A stretch of 61,672 nucleotides of DNA, filler included, from Dugesia japonica (Eukaryota), in NCBI GenBank assembly GCA_001938525.1. It is 6 parts of 6 records of this genome, joined end to end, with 100 filler letters (N's around TTAATTAATTAA, not from the genome) between each part and the next. Parts side by side here need not be neighbours in the genome. Positions count along the whole stretch, not along the records: positions 22,538 to 34,963 come from MQRL01389388.1; positions 35,064 to 43,184 come from MQRL01190073.1; 4 more parts are not named here. One strand, 5' to 3'. Of this stretch, positions 25,879-39,583 are shown one piece after another. Both the position numbers and the translations under genes were made by a program. A model generated the notes under the pieces. It made no database searches, was not told where the DNA came from, and worked only from the letters and a program-made list of their open reading frames with translations. Numbering within the stretch: position 1 is the first letter of the stretch; the number at the start of each line of letters is the position of its first letter.

Positions 25879-26742
25879 GTACATAGGGTGTTCCAAATAT
25901 TAATATTTAATCGGAATTTAAACTTGTGAATATTATTTTTAATTTATAATTCCAAAAAAGTGAATGAGACACGAATGCGGCAAATATTGCAAAACTTTTC
26001 TATAAAAAAGTAAATCAAACTATAAAATGATTACAAATACTGAGTTTATTGAAAACACGGAATGTAAAATTTCTTTTAACGAAATATCAACAAACAATAA
26101 TCCTGATTGTTCATATCCTGGGCCAAGAATTTGGACTACAGATATGTGAGAAGAAAAACAATATTCTTGGATTTTATAAAAAATATGGCAAAATCGGATG
26201 TCAGTCGTGTTCAAAACTGGAAAATCTTTACGTTTTAGAATTACAAGGTGCAAATATTTTGAAAGAATGGGATTCAGTATCGATGAACGGAAATGATAGA
26301 TGTGCTCAATTAAAATCCGTACACAAAAAATTTCATCAAGCATGAAGTTACTTTGACACCGTAATGCAAAGAGAGTTTTACAAATGTATAAAATGTTCAA
26401 TAAGTGGATTGAGTAGAAAAGTGAATTGACTGCTATAATATTGCGAAGAACAATAAATTGTATCCCGATCATTTTGGCTTACTACCATTTCAAGATTTAA
26501 ACCGCGTAAATAACCTTCGTGGTTTACATTACCGTTTTAGTGCAACAAATATAATTCAAAAAAATTGAGAAGGTATGGAAATTAGAATTCGTGAAGCAAT
26601 AATTGAAATCAATAGTAAAATATTCTGTAAATTCAAAGTCAAATTAATTAAAAATATGGAATTGACTTAAAAGATTTACACAGTTTTGTTTGACTTAATT
26701 AAATGTGTTTTATTTTGTACTCCAAATAATCATACCATTGTA
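25879..26742 (+). mobile_element. Decayed Tc1/mariner-superfamily element
   Basis: TA-CATAGGGTGTTCC start and ...CATACCATTG-TA end; weak transposase-like remnants inside. Confidence 0.45.
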
Positions 26743-27669
26743 TGCAGTTTGATTTTTCAAGGTATAATTAATATTAATTTTAATTAATTAATTTTAATTT
26801 TTAATTAAATTTTAATTAATTAATTTTTAATTTAATTTAATTAATTTTTTGTAATCTTCTTATATTTTGCAATTTTCTTTGTCCTAATATCTGACCATTT
26901 TTATGATTATTACATTATTACCACACTCTATGATTCTTGTTCTGTTAGTCTATATGCTTTCTTCAATTTTTTTCTGATGGCTTATCGTTTTTTACACTTC
27001 TATACATTTTAAAAACATTTTTCATTTTCAGATAAATTATTCATTTTAAATAAAGAAAACCTCTTTCCAATACTCCTACTTTTACTTTTTTAAAGACTAC
27101 CTTGTCAATCGTTTTCAAGGTAAAATTTCTGAACGGAAACGATTACACCAATATAAAAATGGCTGTTTGTTTATGAATATATATCATAAATTTTCCCGAT
27201 TGTTTGTGTAACATTTGTTCCGTGATGGAATTCATATTCAAAAAGATACTCGAACTTTTAATTATTGAATTTATTTTAGATTGGCTTGTCAAAAGAATAT
27301 TGAAGTGTTTAGACAATAATATTTGTGATGGTAGCGCGTAAATATTTTTAATGTTTCATTTAAAACAAATTCTTGAAAATAGCTCTTAATAATACAAATC
27401 TATGAAATCGAGTCTTCTTTGATATCTAACATAAAGATAATAAGATTGCAAAGTTTATTAAATAAAAAGTGAAAAAAATCCAAAACTAATTTCATTCTTC
27501 TATATCAAAGGAAATGTTTAATTTTCCAATTATTTGTACAATACCCAAAAAACTTATAAGCACATAAGTTGAATAAAGTTTTCCTGCAATTTCAATTGGT
27601 TACTACAAAATTAAATTATTTAAATCAGACCTAAGCAATTTTTTTGGATAAAAAGCCACATTGGGAATA

Positions 27670-29150
27670 TACAAATGCACGGCTGGCCGCAAGTAAAGTA
27701 ATATATTTAGATATAAATTATTTATTATTATGAAAAAGCAATTTCAACATAACAACGTTATTTCCTAATCTACAATTCTATGAGACGAGTGAAGCTGTTT
27801 TACATCTTTCAATATTTGTTTATACCTGGTGTTAATTTTTTTGCCAAAATTCTTAACACTGTTTTTAAATGTTCATCAGTTATGTTTGATCGTAAAGAAT
27901 ATTTATTTACATTCATTATTGAAAACGATTATTTGCATACGTAAGTTGATCTAAAAGTTGCCATCATATTTCGAGCTAAATCTTTAAGTATGCCGAATTT
28001 TTCAGAATTAAGAGAATTGTAAAATTTACAGATTTCTTTATGACGATGAAATTCTCTTAAATCAGGATCTCCTTCAGATATATAATTTCAAATTGTAGGT
28101 CTATTGTGCACTATCAAAATCTTTTTAAAAATGGATCGTGTACTATTACTAAATTTCTCTCAATTTTCGGGAAGTCACCAAATCTTCAAGCAAAATCGTC
28201 ACTCAAAGTATTGATAATTTCAACATATTTTTCAAATTTGTTTTCGGGTATCTTTAGCAACTTCGTGGTTAGAAAATGGTCATAATATTCTTCATTTGTA
28301 AAAAGAATTATATCAACTTTTAAATCCCATACTTGTTGAACCACTTTCCTAAGCTGAGCAATCGAATTTGACNNNNNNNNNNNNNNNNCGTTTACTCAGA
28401 TTCAAAACTAATGAATTTTTTGTGTTTCAGGACCTTCAATTGTAATAAATGCACTAGTTTAATAATACAAGATTTTTCAACTTTTATCACATTATTCCTA
28501 ATATCTGTTGACGTATAATGCATTAAATTATAATTAAATTATAGTCAAAATAATTTTCGCGAATTTTTCCTGAATTTTCTTCAATGCTCCAACATTTTTA
28601 CCATTTAAATTTGATGCTCTGTCAGTCGTTACATTTACCAATTATTCCAGTGTAAGTTATGATTTCTTAAGCGATTTTCAACTTTTATAATTAGAATTAT
28701 TGCGAGAATAATTGTTGGACTTAACCATTGATCGCATTTGATATTTCATTAAAATAAAGTAATAGATTCGATCAAACTAAATTTAATTTGATCAAAACTA
28801 TTACTTTTTTTTAATGAGATTTTCAACTTTTTCAAATAAATCAGCTTCATTTGTTTGGCCTTTAAGAGACTCCGCTGAAAGAAGTTATTCAATAATTTCA
28901 AATTTAGAAGTAAATCCACGTATGAAAATTAATAACTATGTAGTATCTTTTTTGTGGTACTTTCATTGAGAGCTATTATCGATTCAAATACTGATCATTT
29001 CTCATTTATTTTTGTTTCGATGCTTTCAATTTTTCTTACTACGGTTCGTCAAATTTGTGTTTAAAATTAACGCATATAATTCCACTAGTATCATTATTAC
29101 ATTTTTAAAATACAATCTTCATCAGAGAACGGTAATTTGATTTATGCAAT
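27670..29150 (-). mobile_element. Decayed hAT transposase (GTF2IRD2/Charlie-like)
   Basis: VTTDRASNLNGKNVG and C-terminal MATFRSTYVCK*SFSIMNVNKYSLRSNITDEHLKTVLRI. Confidence 0.8.
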
Positions 29151-29508
29151 TTTATAAATTAATAGTGATTTAATGTTTATGATTAATTTATTATGAATAA
29201 ATATATAATCGAAAATTAATCTATCATGATTTTTTTATTTTGAAAGTAGATGAAGTACTTGATAGTGACAAATGATTTGTGAGATGCATCTGACATTAAA
29301 TAAAACGATATGTAAATTTCAGTAATGATTGATTCAATTATATTATTGGCATCCATAAATTCTTTCATAATTTTGTGATGGAAATCAAAATAAAAAGTTG
29401 ACAACAAAATCAATATTTTATACAATTTACTTAACATCCTATTTCAATAACCAATTGAAATGGTTATATTTTTAGTAACAATTCAATTACTGTCTGAATT
29501 TTTAAGAA

Positions 29509-29707
29509 ATGTCTAAGGAATCCCAATTTGAAAATTGGATACATGAAAACGAAATTTCAGAAGCTGTTGAATCATTTTTAAAAGAAAAAGGATATGATAC
29601 ATTGGATTTATTACCATTTATATCTATTAAAATGATTCAAGAATCGGAATTGTCCATCAATGACAAAAAAATTATAAAAGATGTTCTTAATTTGGATGAA
29701 AATATAG
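29509..29707 (+). CDS. First coding exon of a host gene with a SAM-like domain
   Basis: MSKESQFENWIHENEISEAVESFLKEKGYDTLDLLPFISIKMIQESELSINDKKII, followed by a strong AG|GTAAG donor. Downstream exons not identified. Confidence 0.5.
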
Positions 29708-30524
29708 GTAAGCGGTTAATTTCATTTTTATATTAATTTAAAATTTTTAATAAACTTTAATAATCTATACAAATTTACACAGTATAAACTTATTTTTGTC
29801 AATTTCAAGTAATTTAACCATACAGTTTTAGGAAGACTAACAAAATTTTTTAAAATGTATTACACGTATTAATACGCAGAGATTAACAAAAGCCCTTTCG
29901 AGCCAAAAATATCCCCTCAAAGATTGTTAGTCTTTGGGGGTCAGCTAACAAAAACAAAAAGAGAAGGAGCTGGAAGATAAGGCATGAGGCGCAAAGCATC
30001 ACAGTTCACAGAAAGTAAAAGTTAATATACTCTTCTCAACTTGCTATTCTCTCGCAAACTGGGAATCGAGAATAATAGTTTTCTACACTCTGATATATTT
30101 GAAACCAATGAATTTTTTTATTGATCTGGACAATTAATTTAAAGATTTTCAATAAAAATCATTTCATCAATAAAACCAATTTATTTTAATAATTTTAATT
30201 GATACTGTTTAATGAGTCTGAAACGCTCACTGTATAATGTAAAACATTTTTAGAAACCATAATTTATTAATCAAAATTAAATAGAAAAAGATTTAAATTT
30301 ATTTTTCATACAAATTAAACAAAGCCATATAATTTGAATTTTAATTTTTGGGTTGAATTTTTATAATTTTAATAATTTTGTTTAATCCTAAAAATAAAAA
30401 ATTTCAAGAAAACTGTAATTGTATTCTAATGTTTTTAAACCATATTTATTTTAAAATTTCAACAAAAAATCTTGCAACAAAATTTTTAATTATTTTTAAT
30501 ATTAAATATTTAAATTATATTACA

Positions 30525-31480
30525 TCAGGAGTGGCCAAACTTTTAACCACTATGGACGACCTAATTTGGAAATTATTGGCGGCGGTTTATTGACATTAAA
30601 AGTAGTAATTCAAAGTTTAAAATAATTCCAAAAGAAGTATAGATAATATAAAGAAAAATTAATGATTTCGTCTCACAAACTTATTAGTTCATAAATAAAA
30701 CAATATTTTTAGTTTTTATGCGAATGAATTTTTAGTTATTATTTTCATTTTAGCTAAAAAATGACATTGCATATTTTCGGCAAGCTTTTCATATTGTGAT
30801 TTATATGTATTTCTAGCTATTCGTAAACATGCTGCCAAATGTTCATCTGTCAAAAGGGAGAAATGTTTAGTTTTGATTGATCTACTTTCTCTAAAAGATG
30901 CGATTCTATTGATAAAATACTCAAATTTTTTAATTTGCATTATCCTAAAGACGATCTTAAATGATTTTTTATTCTCTTGAAAGTTGACAACAACCTTTCT
31001 CCACTATAATTTGTGCAAGCGCTACTCAGAGGTATTTGTAGAGCCGTTGTTATGTTGGAAAAAGTGCATTCAAATTGCGACTCAATTATTGTTTTTAAAA
31101 TTTTTTAAGGTTTAGACATTAAAGTTACATGTTTAAAATGTAAATATTCCGTGATTAAAAATTTTTTTTAGATCATCTGGGTAATTTTTACATAAAATAG
31201 TTGCTTTTTCTCGTATCATATTTTTACCGAAATTTTTAAAATTCATTAAAATTTCAAATTTAGTGCCAATGCAAAGATATGCAGATTTTCGTTTTTATTA
31301 TTTCTGCCAAAAGTTTATCAATAATAACATAAAAAGTATTTGTACGGAAATAACTATTTTTATCAAATCGTGTATCGGTTAATGTCTTTTCATTAAACTG
31401 CTTTTTCCTTTTAACAGTTCTTGCAGTTTTAAATTTAAACAACCCGATAGTTCTTCTCCCTTCTTTTTGCAATAATTAAA
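30525..31480 (-). mobile_element. hAT transposon remnants
   Basis: TIR-like CAGGAGTGGCCAAACT; IKTKHFSLLTDEHLAACLRI; FRTNTFYVIIDKLLAEI. Confidence 0.7.
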
Positions 31481-33239
31481 GGAATGAATATTTTGCAAAA
31501 ACAAATTATATTTTTAAAATTTATTTTTAAATGCAAAGATCAAAATGATATTTTTCTATTTTCATAGATGGTTCAATATTTCGGCTATGCCTTCTTCAGG
31601 AACTATTGCTCAATTCATTCTGGTTATAAACGTTTAAATAGAAACACAATTTGCATTAATCTGATTAAAATTAATTTTACTAATTATAACATTAAATTTT
31701 AAATTTATTACATATATTTTCGGTTATTTGGTGCAAACCATAAAGTAAAACTTTTTAAAAAATTATTCTAACTATTGCTCTGTAAAATAAATAAATATTT
31801 TGAAAAAACAAAATATTTTTCTAAAATTTATTTTTAAATGCAAAGATCAAAATGATATTCTTCTATGATGATGTTCTAAAGAAGGCGTACCCAAAATATT
31901 GAACAATCTATAAAAATAGAATAACATCCCTGAGATGGGGCTTTGCAATAAGAAACCTTCTGTACTGATTGTTATAGCTTTTTATTCAATTTCAGAAACT
32001 AAAAAGTAGTGCTACGCTTCGATTATTTAATCCAAGAGTCCTCAAACTATCGTCTGTAATAAGATTTTATTCCGCCCAGTAAATAATAAAATCAGTAAAA
32101 AATAATAGAATCAGTGTCAACCTAAAAAATTAGAAGCCACTATGCCGAAATGATAGTAACTATTTGAGATGACAACAAAAATACCTAAATAAAAGCAATA
32201 CTCTATTTGTTTTTGAAGACAACCGTGTAATCGATGAGTAGTTCATTTTCTTTACATTCTATTAATCATAATTTTTTACTCGCTTCTTCTTGAACAGCCT
32301 GATTACGACATTTATTACTATTACTATGACTATCACCACTACTACCGTATTTATCCACAAATAAGCCCAGGGCTTATTTTAAATTACCACCAAAAATTTG
32401 GCATAGGGCTTATTTTCAGGATATTTACCAAATAAAATTTTAAAAATTTCCAAAAATTTCCAAAACAATTATATTATAAAATTCATTGTTAGATGAGTTT
32501 GAAGTACTCGTCGGTTCATTAATATCAAAACTCAATTCCATTGAAAATTTATTCACAAACAAAAATATAACCATCATTTTTGTTTATTCAAACAAATTAA
32601 AACTCCATGATCTCATTGGAAATTATTTTTTAATAAATTTAAAATTTTAGATTTAATTCAAAATAATTCGAAAATTTTAAAAAAATAATTTTAATAACAA
32701 CTTTAAAGTTTTAGATCAAACTTCCATTCAAAATAATTCGAAAATTCAAAGAAAACAATTATGTCATAAAAATCTCATTNNNNNNNNNNNNNNNNNNNNN
32801 NNNNNNNNNNNNNNNNNNNNNNNNNNNNNNNNNNNNNNNNNNNNNNNNATTTCAAAACAAAATGATTCTTTGCTATTAAAATATCATTCAAAACTCTTTC
32901 TTGTTTCAATTTTCACTATGATCTCATCAATGATTTTTTATTATCAATTTAATATTTCCTCTATTGAAAGTTTTACATAGTTACCGATTACATTTTTAAT
33001 CATTTATGTTCAATGTACTCAATTATCTCAAGATGAAGATAATCCATAAATCCTTTTAAATGTTAAAAAAGTTAAGTTTAAAAATATTTAAAATGTTTAA
33101 AATAAATAAGATAAAACTTTAGAATTAATATTTAAGTAAAAAATCAATAAAATTATTAAAGTTTAAAATATCAAAAAATAATTAAATTGAAATAAATAAA
33201 ATAAATGAAAGTTAAATATAAATAATAAATTAAGAAAAA

Positions 33240-34890
33240 ATGGCAAATATGGAATCCATTTTGCGTTTATTCAAAAAATAGAATCGAAAAACTTTTAATT
33301 CAATCTTTAAATGGGATTATCATTTATAATTGAAAAATTATTACTATTTTTAAATATATTTTAAATGCCCAAATCCAATTCAGAATCTTTTACAAGTTCA
33401 GAGAACTTCATCTCATCAATTAAAAATTGTATTCGATATAGGAACTAGTTTCTCAGGCATTGAAGAATTTATTGAATTATTCTCTAAGTCTGCCGCAGTT
33501 TACAATATCTCTTTCAAAATCAAGCAAAGAAACAAATAAAATATAGTACTGTCATGCAAGGATTCTTCCTGCTCGTTTAAAGTCAATGCATATTTTAAAT
33601 CCATTAATAATACTTGCTCGGTATCGAAAATGGAATCTTTTCATTTATGTGGATCCTCAGATTCCACACCCTATATGAATACACTGATTAAAAGTGCTAT
33701 TAGAGACCGTGATGCTCGATAGGTCAAGTCTAATTAGATCATTAGCATTATTAGGTGTCAATATAGTTTGGAATTAGATTATAGTAGAGCTTATCATGCA
33801 ATTAATAGCTATAAATATAAGCAAAATATTATCTTGAATATTATGAATATTTAAATTCAATGATCTCATCGATTGATACTAGTTCTGCAATTACTGATCT
33901 AGAAGTAGAGAAAGGCCATTTCAAAAGATTTTTCATGACTTGGAATGCAACTAAAACACTAGATGTCAACTTTAGAAAGATCATCACTGTTGATGGAACT
34001 TTTTTATCGGGACCAAAAAAGGGTACATAATTAGTTTCTGTTGCACGAAGCGGAAAAGATCAATTAGTCTTATTAGGATTTGCAATAGTCGATCTGAGAA
34101 TCTGGATAGCTGTAAATATTTTCTAAGAAATCTAAATCTAATTCAAAATGTCCTATCAACAGATATGGCAAAAATACTTCGAATGCCACTGAGTAAATGA
34201 ATTCATCTCTCAAAAAATAGGTTACTCAAGATATATGAAATCTAATTGTTTAACTGAATAATCATACGATGCAAGTATTTAATAAAAGAAGAAATGAGGA
34301 AATGAATTATTCCATTTTCCACAAGCAATTATCTCGTTTAGAGTCAAATACTGCTCTAGGTAGATTGCTGACAGTAAGCCAATGCAATAATAATATTTTT
34401 TTGTTAGACAACAAATTCATTATTAGTTGCTGATATCTATGATATCATGGACTGCAACTGTAAAAGATCCTTTGAATTTGGCGTTCTTTGTACGCACTTG
34501 TGCTCAATGCTTTTGCTTTTAAGAAATGATCCAGCACTATTAGTTGAGGAATTTTATACATCATATAACTATTCAAGAATGTATGCGGGGTTTATCCTTT
34601 CAATGACAAGATATGATTTAGTCAGAGGGGGTCTATTGGCGCCTAATTTAAGAAGAGCCAGGGGAAGATCTAGAATTGCTAGATTCAGATCTTCGTACGA
34701 AAATTAAAGTTATACTTTAAATATTTTTAGTATTTTATATGATTTTCAAATATATTATTATATAAGTGATAGATCTTAATTGATGGTTTTGAATTTTAAT
34801 AGCTTAATATTTTTATATTTTGAATTAAATGTTTTTCGATTCTATATTTTGAATAAACGGGAAAATGAATTCTATATTTTAAATTGCCCC
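33240..34890 (+). mobile_element. Mutator/MULE transposon (decayed)
   Basis: MULE DDE segment IITVDGTFLSGPKKGT*LVSVARSGKDQLVLLGFAIV; SWIM finger CNCKRSFEFGVLCTHL; RRARGRSR tail; long inverted repeats at about 33247-33304 and 34820-34880. Confidence 0.88.
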
Positions 34891-34963
34891 TTTAAATATT
34901 TAATAGACATTTTTAAAATCTCAATAAATGTGATTGTGAGATATACTATTTTTGAATAGTTTA

Positions 34964-35063
34964 NNNNNNNNNNNNNNNNNNNNNNNNNNNNNNNNNNNNN
35001 NNNNNNNTTAATTAATTAANNNNNNNNNNNNNNNNNNNNNNNNNNNNNNNNNNNNNNNNNNNN
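34964..35063. other. Artificial scaffold linker
   Basis: N44-TTAATTAATTAA-N44. Confidence 0.97.
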
Positions 35064-35179
35064 GAAAAAAAAACCATCCCAAAAATCATGTCACTAAAAA
35101 TCATGTCACCATCGTAATGTGTTTTCGAGCCCCCCCCAGTGCTATGTGAGTAGTGACAATGCGCTACTATCCCCCTACT
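35064..35179. mobile_element. Terminus of a further, probably Polinton-type element abutting the MCP gene
   Basis: Ends CCAGTGCT...ACTATCCCCCTACT, resembling the end at 42297-42319 (CCAGTGCTGCACTATCTACCTACT). The MCP reading frame runs right up to 35180. Confidence 0.55.
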
Positions 35180-35790
35180 TTTGCATCCTGTATTTCATAC
35201 TTGGGTTCATAAGCTGCTGATTCCAAACATAATTTTGCTGGAGCTCTCTTCATTCGAATATGTAAATTAACACCGGGAATAAGATATTTCAGTTTATCCG
35301 TAAAGTAGAGTTGCAATGATCCACATAGAGTCAATGATTTTGATAATTTATGCCACTTTTTTCTATCTGCTTACGATCCATACTCCATTGCACTTACACA
35401 TATATTCTTACTATCACCATTATAGTTCAGTACAGTTTCAATCGATGCTTTTTGAATATTTGTTCCGTTTTCCCTTTCAATCTTGATATTATTAAATGAT
35501 AGAATGATATCTTTGAACAATTTATGCAGCATATAGTTGGAAACCATTGCTCCTGAAGCTTCAACCAAAGCCTTGTTTGTCTTATCAACTACTCTTATTT
35601 GTACGTATAACATAGTATTATTCAAATCCAAATATTTAGTTTGGGATCCATTGATAAAAAACTCTATATTATTCCTGCTTTCGGAAAGAGAGTTCATAGG
35701 AAACACATCTTCAAATGCATCATATTCAATCACTGCTTGAGGAGATGAACGGTCAAAAATACGCAATGAATACGCAATAAAAACTTGATT
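35180..35790 (-). pseudogene. Polinton major capsid protein, N-terminal part
   Basis: PMNSLSESRNNIEFFINGSQTKYLDLNNTMLYVQIRV...NYMLHKLFKDI...IETVLNY...KYLIPGVNLHIRMKR. Confidence 0.88.
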
Positions 35791-36185
35791 TCTTGCGGTT
35801 TTTATGTCCAGCTGCTGATGTTGTGGTAACCGATTCCACTTTTGGTTGATTTTTTAGAAGACTAGGTAATTTACTTGATATACTTGACGGCAACATGTTT
35901 GCAACCTTTGAAAACATACTGGTCATACCGGATGGTAATGAAAAAACTGCATTACCGAGCTCAGCCATTGCATTCTTTTTCAAAGTCGCCAATATCTTTC
36001 AATTATTAGCCAGTACATCCTGAGCAGTTTTCATAACAAATGAGCCAATACGCTTATGAATAAGACTTGTAAATCTCTCGATTGTTCGCAACCAACCAGA
36101 TCCTATATTGTTTACTTATAAAATATGGCAATTCCCCACCAGCTTAACTGCTGCTATACAACGAAACAATATCCGGATTAGTCAT
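35770..36185 (-). pseudogene. Polinton small amphipathic (membrane-active/core-like) protein
   Basis: MTNPDIVSLYSSS*AGGELPYFISKQY-fs-GSGWLRTIERFTSLIHKRIG... has QxGG/QxGxG adenain-site-like motifs and sits between the minor and major capsid genes. Confidence 0.7.
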
Positions 36186-37171
36186 TTGGTTTTCAAAAAT
36201 GTAAAGTTAAATGTGTGTTTGAATGTTTTGGAAACTTTATTAATTTTCCGTTATCATCGCGTATATTAATTTTATACTGTTTATACATGATGTTGCAATA
36301 GGTAAATACATTGAATTCTCAACTATTATTTGCACTACTTCATCAATTTTATGTTTGTCTATCCATATTGATTTCAACAAAGGTACACTAACATCACCAA
36401 CAATTATAGCTTCAACAAGAATACTATAGATGAACATTTGCTGATGTAACTTCATTATTTTTAATTTGGTAATAGCTATGAACTCACTTCCGTTCATATC
36501 TGTAGGAGAATATAATTGTTTGTCTATTACCAATGTTCTTGTTAAGACATTATAAAATACAACTTTTTAACATCATATTGTAGATCGAATTCAAAATATT
36601 TATCTGCATTTAAAAGACATTTCTTAAATATTTGAGTACAATTTTCTGATAAATATTTACTTAATCGTTCTAATTCTAATATGTATATAACATCTTTAAA
36701 CTGGAAAGTATGATAATTTACCTTTGCATAAGCTACTTTTACTTTTACTGTTTGTATTGTGTCATCATTTGCAAAGTTTGTTAATTTGTTAGATTTAAAT
36801 CCTAATCCAAATGAGTGTGCAATATTTGCATCTTCACAATAAAAAGTCACAATAAAATCACAATAAAATCTTATGAGATTCTTTTCAAATATTTCAATAT
36901 TTGCATTTTCATCAACATTGATCGCTTTTTCCTTGTTATTTATTGCTACAGTTATTTCATTCAATATATTTTTTGCGGTCAAGTATTCAATTTTCGACTT
37001 GCTTTATAATAGAAACGGAGAATACAGAAAGGTGAAATTCATCAATGCAACTTACCAAGCACCATTCAGGTAAATTGCATTTTGAAGTTCAACAATGAAT
37101 TTACTGGCTGTATTATCGGGATGAACACGTCAACTACTATTGCTTGGCAAAAGCATATAGAAATCATTCAT
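36178..37171 (-). pseudogene. Polinton minor capsid (penton)
   Basis: MNDFYMLLPSNSS*RVHPDNTASKFIVEL...W*VAL; MFIYSILVEAIIVGDVSVPLLK; C-terminal IRDDNGKLIKF...THLTLHF. Confidence 0.88.
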
Positions 37172-38169
37172 ATTAAATGTGATGCAGATATCTAATTTGG
37201 TCTTTCATATCTAACCCACTTGATATATAATTCTTTATTAACTTTTCGTTTCGTCTTGAGTACTTTTTCTCTATATATCTCTGGTCGTGGAATGACGTGT
37301 AACTTGTGCTCATAGAATTTACCCTGATCTTTGTTCATGATCTTTAATTACATACATGACGGGATTCTGTTTTAAATTGATATTTTCTATTTGAAACACT
37401 TCATCGCTCCAATTAGTATCGAAATTCTTGATGAAGGGGAAAGCTGATATCTTTGATATTCTAACATGGTTACCAACTTTATATTTCGGATTTTTGACTA
37501 CTTTCTTATCTTGTTTGCTTAACCATAACTTTAGTTGATTGTTTGATTTGACACCAAATGGTCTTGTTTCTTTCAAATCTTTATGACTAGAATTATTATA
37601 ACTATGAATTTATTTCGACAAAAAATTTATTCAGGTTTTCTTTCCAGTATGCACAAAGTATTTTTTCAAAGCATCTCTTAATGTTCGATTAAAACTCTCT
37701 ACAGTGCAGCCTTGTACTGTGAATGTACTGTATAATGGTTTATTTTTAAATGTGCTAATAGATTTTTAACTTTTGAATTATAAAATTCCTTACCCAAATC
37801 AGTTTGTATATTATCTTGAGACCCAGTCTTCAACATTGTTTTGATTGCAGTTTCCAAGCCGGTGGCAGATTTAGGTTTTACTGTAATTACACGTGCAAAT
37901 CTGCAAAATACATCAATACACGTCAAAATATACTTGTATTCCTTATTAATTTTCGAATACGGAATCATCTCCATCAAATTCATTTGCCATAAATTGTTAA
38001 TACCATATGTCTTATAGGCTCTCGTTGGGAATCCTCTCAACATTGGCTTGTTCAGACTGTATACCAGCTGATTTGCCAACCACTTTTGTGTCTTATTTTT
38101 CGATTTTTGAGCTTCTTTCATTAATTTTTTTATTCCTCAAAACCCCTGTTCGCTTTTGGGTTTGTCCAT
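37170..38169 (-). pseudogene. Polinton retroviral-like integrase with C-terminal chromodomain-like tail
   Basis: LWQMNL (first catalytic D decayed to N), YILTCIDVFCRFA, IQTDLGKEFYN, RFNRTLR, PKYKVGNHVRIS, NWSDEVFQI and LYIKWVRY. Confidence 0.92.
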
Positions 38170-38269
38170 ATCGTCCACAGTTTTCCCATTGCAACATTTT
38201 GATGATAATTTAAAATCAATGTTCGACAAAGATTGTAAACCACTCATTGTTTTTTTGAAAGGAGACGCT

Positions 38270-38572
38270 TCAAATGCTGCCTTTGCAATTGGTAATAGAG
38301 CTGCAATGAAACTACCATCTGGTTTATGGATAACCTTTCTCATCAGCCTTTTATTTTTGCTATTTACAAGACTCAATAGTGACTTTTTATGTTTTTTCAA
38401 TACTTCCTTTTTAGCTTTGCATACATTAACATTACCGTGAACAATATTTACAATGATTTCTAGCAAGTCATCAAAAACATATGTGGGAAATGACTGCAAA
38501 TCTTTTATTCTCAAGTGTTTTGATGATTTGAGCAATGCATTAAAAAACGGAAGACTATGTTGTAATTTCATA
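38270..38572 (-). CDS. Conserved small basic Polinton protein
   Basis: LLEIIVNIVHGNV...KEVLKKHKKSL...RKVIHKPDGSFIAALLPI matches the N++.GNV...QxGGF+..LLP pattern of Polinton core-like proteins. Confidence 0.7.
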
Positions 38573-38597
38573 TTTAAGTAAAATACATCTTGATTGT

Positions 38598-38828
38598 TTA
38601 TAATGATATCCACTTTCTCTTTACGCTTTTAAGCTTTTTTCCATACATTTTCTACAGTTTTTTGAATGTTATCAACTCATTTATCTTTAGAATTTTCTTT
38701 TCAATTTTTCTCTTTCCAATCTTACTCTTTACTACTGGTATATTTACTACTGGACGTTTGACAGTAGGCACTCGTTTTCTTTTAACGGTTTTTACCTGTA
38801 TAACTATAACTTTTTTAAATTTAGACAT
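38598..38828 (-). pseudogene. Short, very basic ORF after the ATPase (possibly an internally deleted Polinton gene)
   Basis: MSKFKKVIVIQVKTVKRKRVPTVKRP...KKL*KMYGKKLKSVKRKWISL*, with one internal stop. Confidence 0.45.
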
Positions 38829-38829
38829 T

Positions 38830-39469
38830 TATAAATAACATATTTACCTCGATTGTTTATATATTGTAACACCTTTAGAATTCCAAATATCTGTTCTAAC
38901 ACTCAATTTATCTGGACATTCTTTAGTGAAGTCGAGAAAAGAATATCCGTGCGCGTTTTTTGTTGCATCCTGAAATGATTCAATAAGATATTGTCTGTGT
39001 TTGAATATGTCTGTCTTTCTAAAAAATCAACAACTGTTTGATCCTTTGGGTTCTTCAATAGAACCAGGTATTGAACATTTAAGTTTTGCGTTCTGTGACT
39101 CCCACCACTATGAAATAGATTTTTGGTAATGAATATCATAGTCACGCCTATATATCTTGATATCTTTGTGAATAAATTATTAAAATCCTTTTCCTAGTTT
39201 GCTTCGTGGAACAAATCATCAATTATAATGACATCTCTCGGTTTCAATCTTTTGCTCCAATTATTATCGAATCCATTTTTAATTTTCATTTTGATATTGC
39301 AATATTCCAATTGAGTCGCTCTCTTCTCTTCATCAGCTCCTCTTTGCCAATATATTTTGTTGAATTTAGATTTGAACAAGTCTGATTTCAATAATTTGCA
39401 TACAAACAAATTTTTTCCACTGCCGCTAGGACCGAAAATTTGATAGGTTGCATCGCTTCTCGATTACAT
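38830..39469 (-). pseudogene. Polinton A32/FtsK-like packaging ATPase
   Basis: Walker A IFGPSGSGK, Walker B VIIIDDL, and IFITKNLF...RTQNLNVQYLVLLKNPKD. Confidence 0.92.
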
Positions 39470-39546
39470 ATTTCCTTAAAATAAATTAATGCTTTGTGTA
39501 TATCAGTTGTTTAAATACATCAATTAAATTAATTAAAACGAAACCT

Positions 39547-39580
39547 TATAAATACGAATGTAATCAAAGACCAATCATTT
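39547..39580 (+). promoter_or_regulatory. TATA box and Inr-like site of the TBP-like gene
   Basis: TATAAAT at 39547-39553, TCATTT about 28 nt downstream, ATG at 39584. Confidence 0.6.
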
Positions 39581-39583
39581 ATA

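Noticed and set aside
20990-35790. The two MCP pieces as halves of one Polinton
   Set aside because: They overlap in protein coordinates, differ in sequence and lie on different scaffolds.
38137-38613. Single 158-aa protein as given in the ORF track
   Set aside because: It appears to be a fusion by decay: a Polinton basic protein followed by the integrase start (MDKPKSEQGF*GIKKLMKE), which is in frame with ORF 37699-38121.
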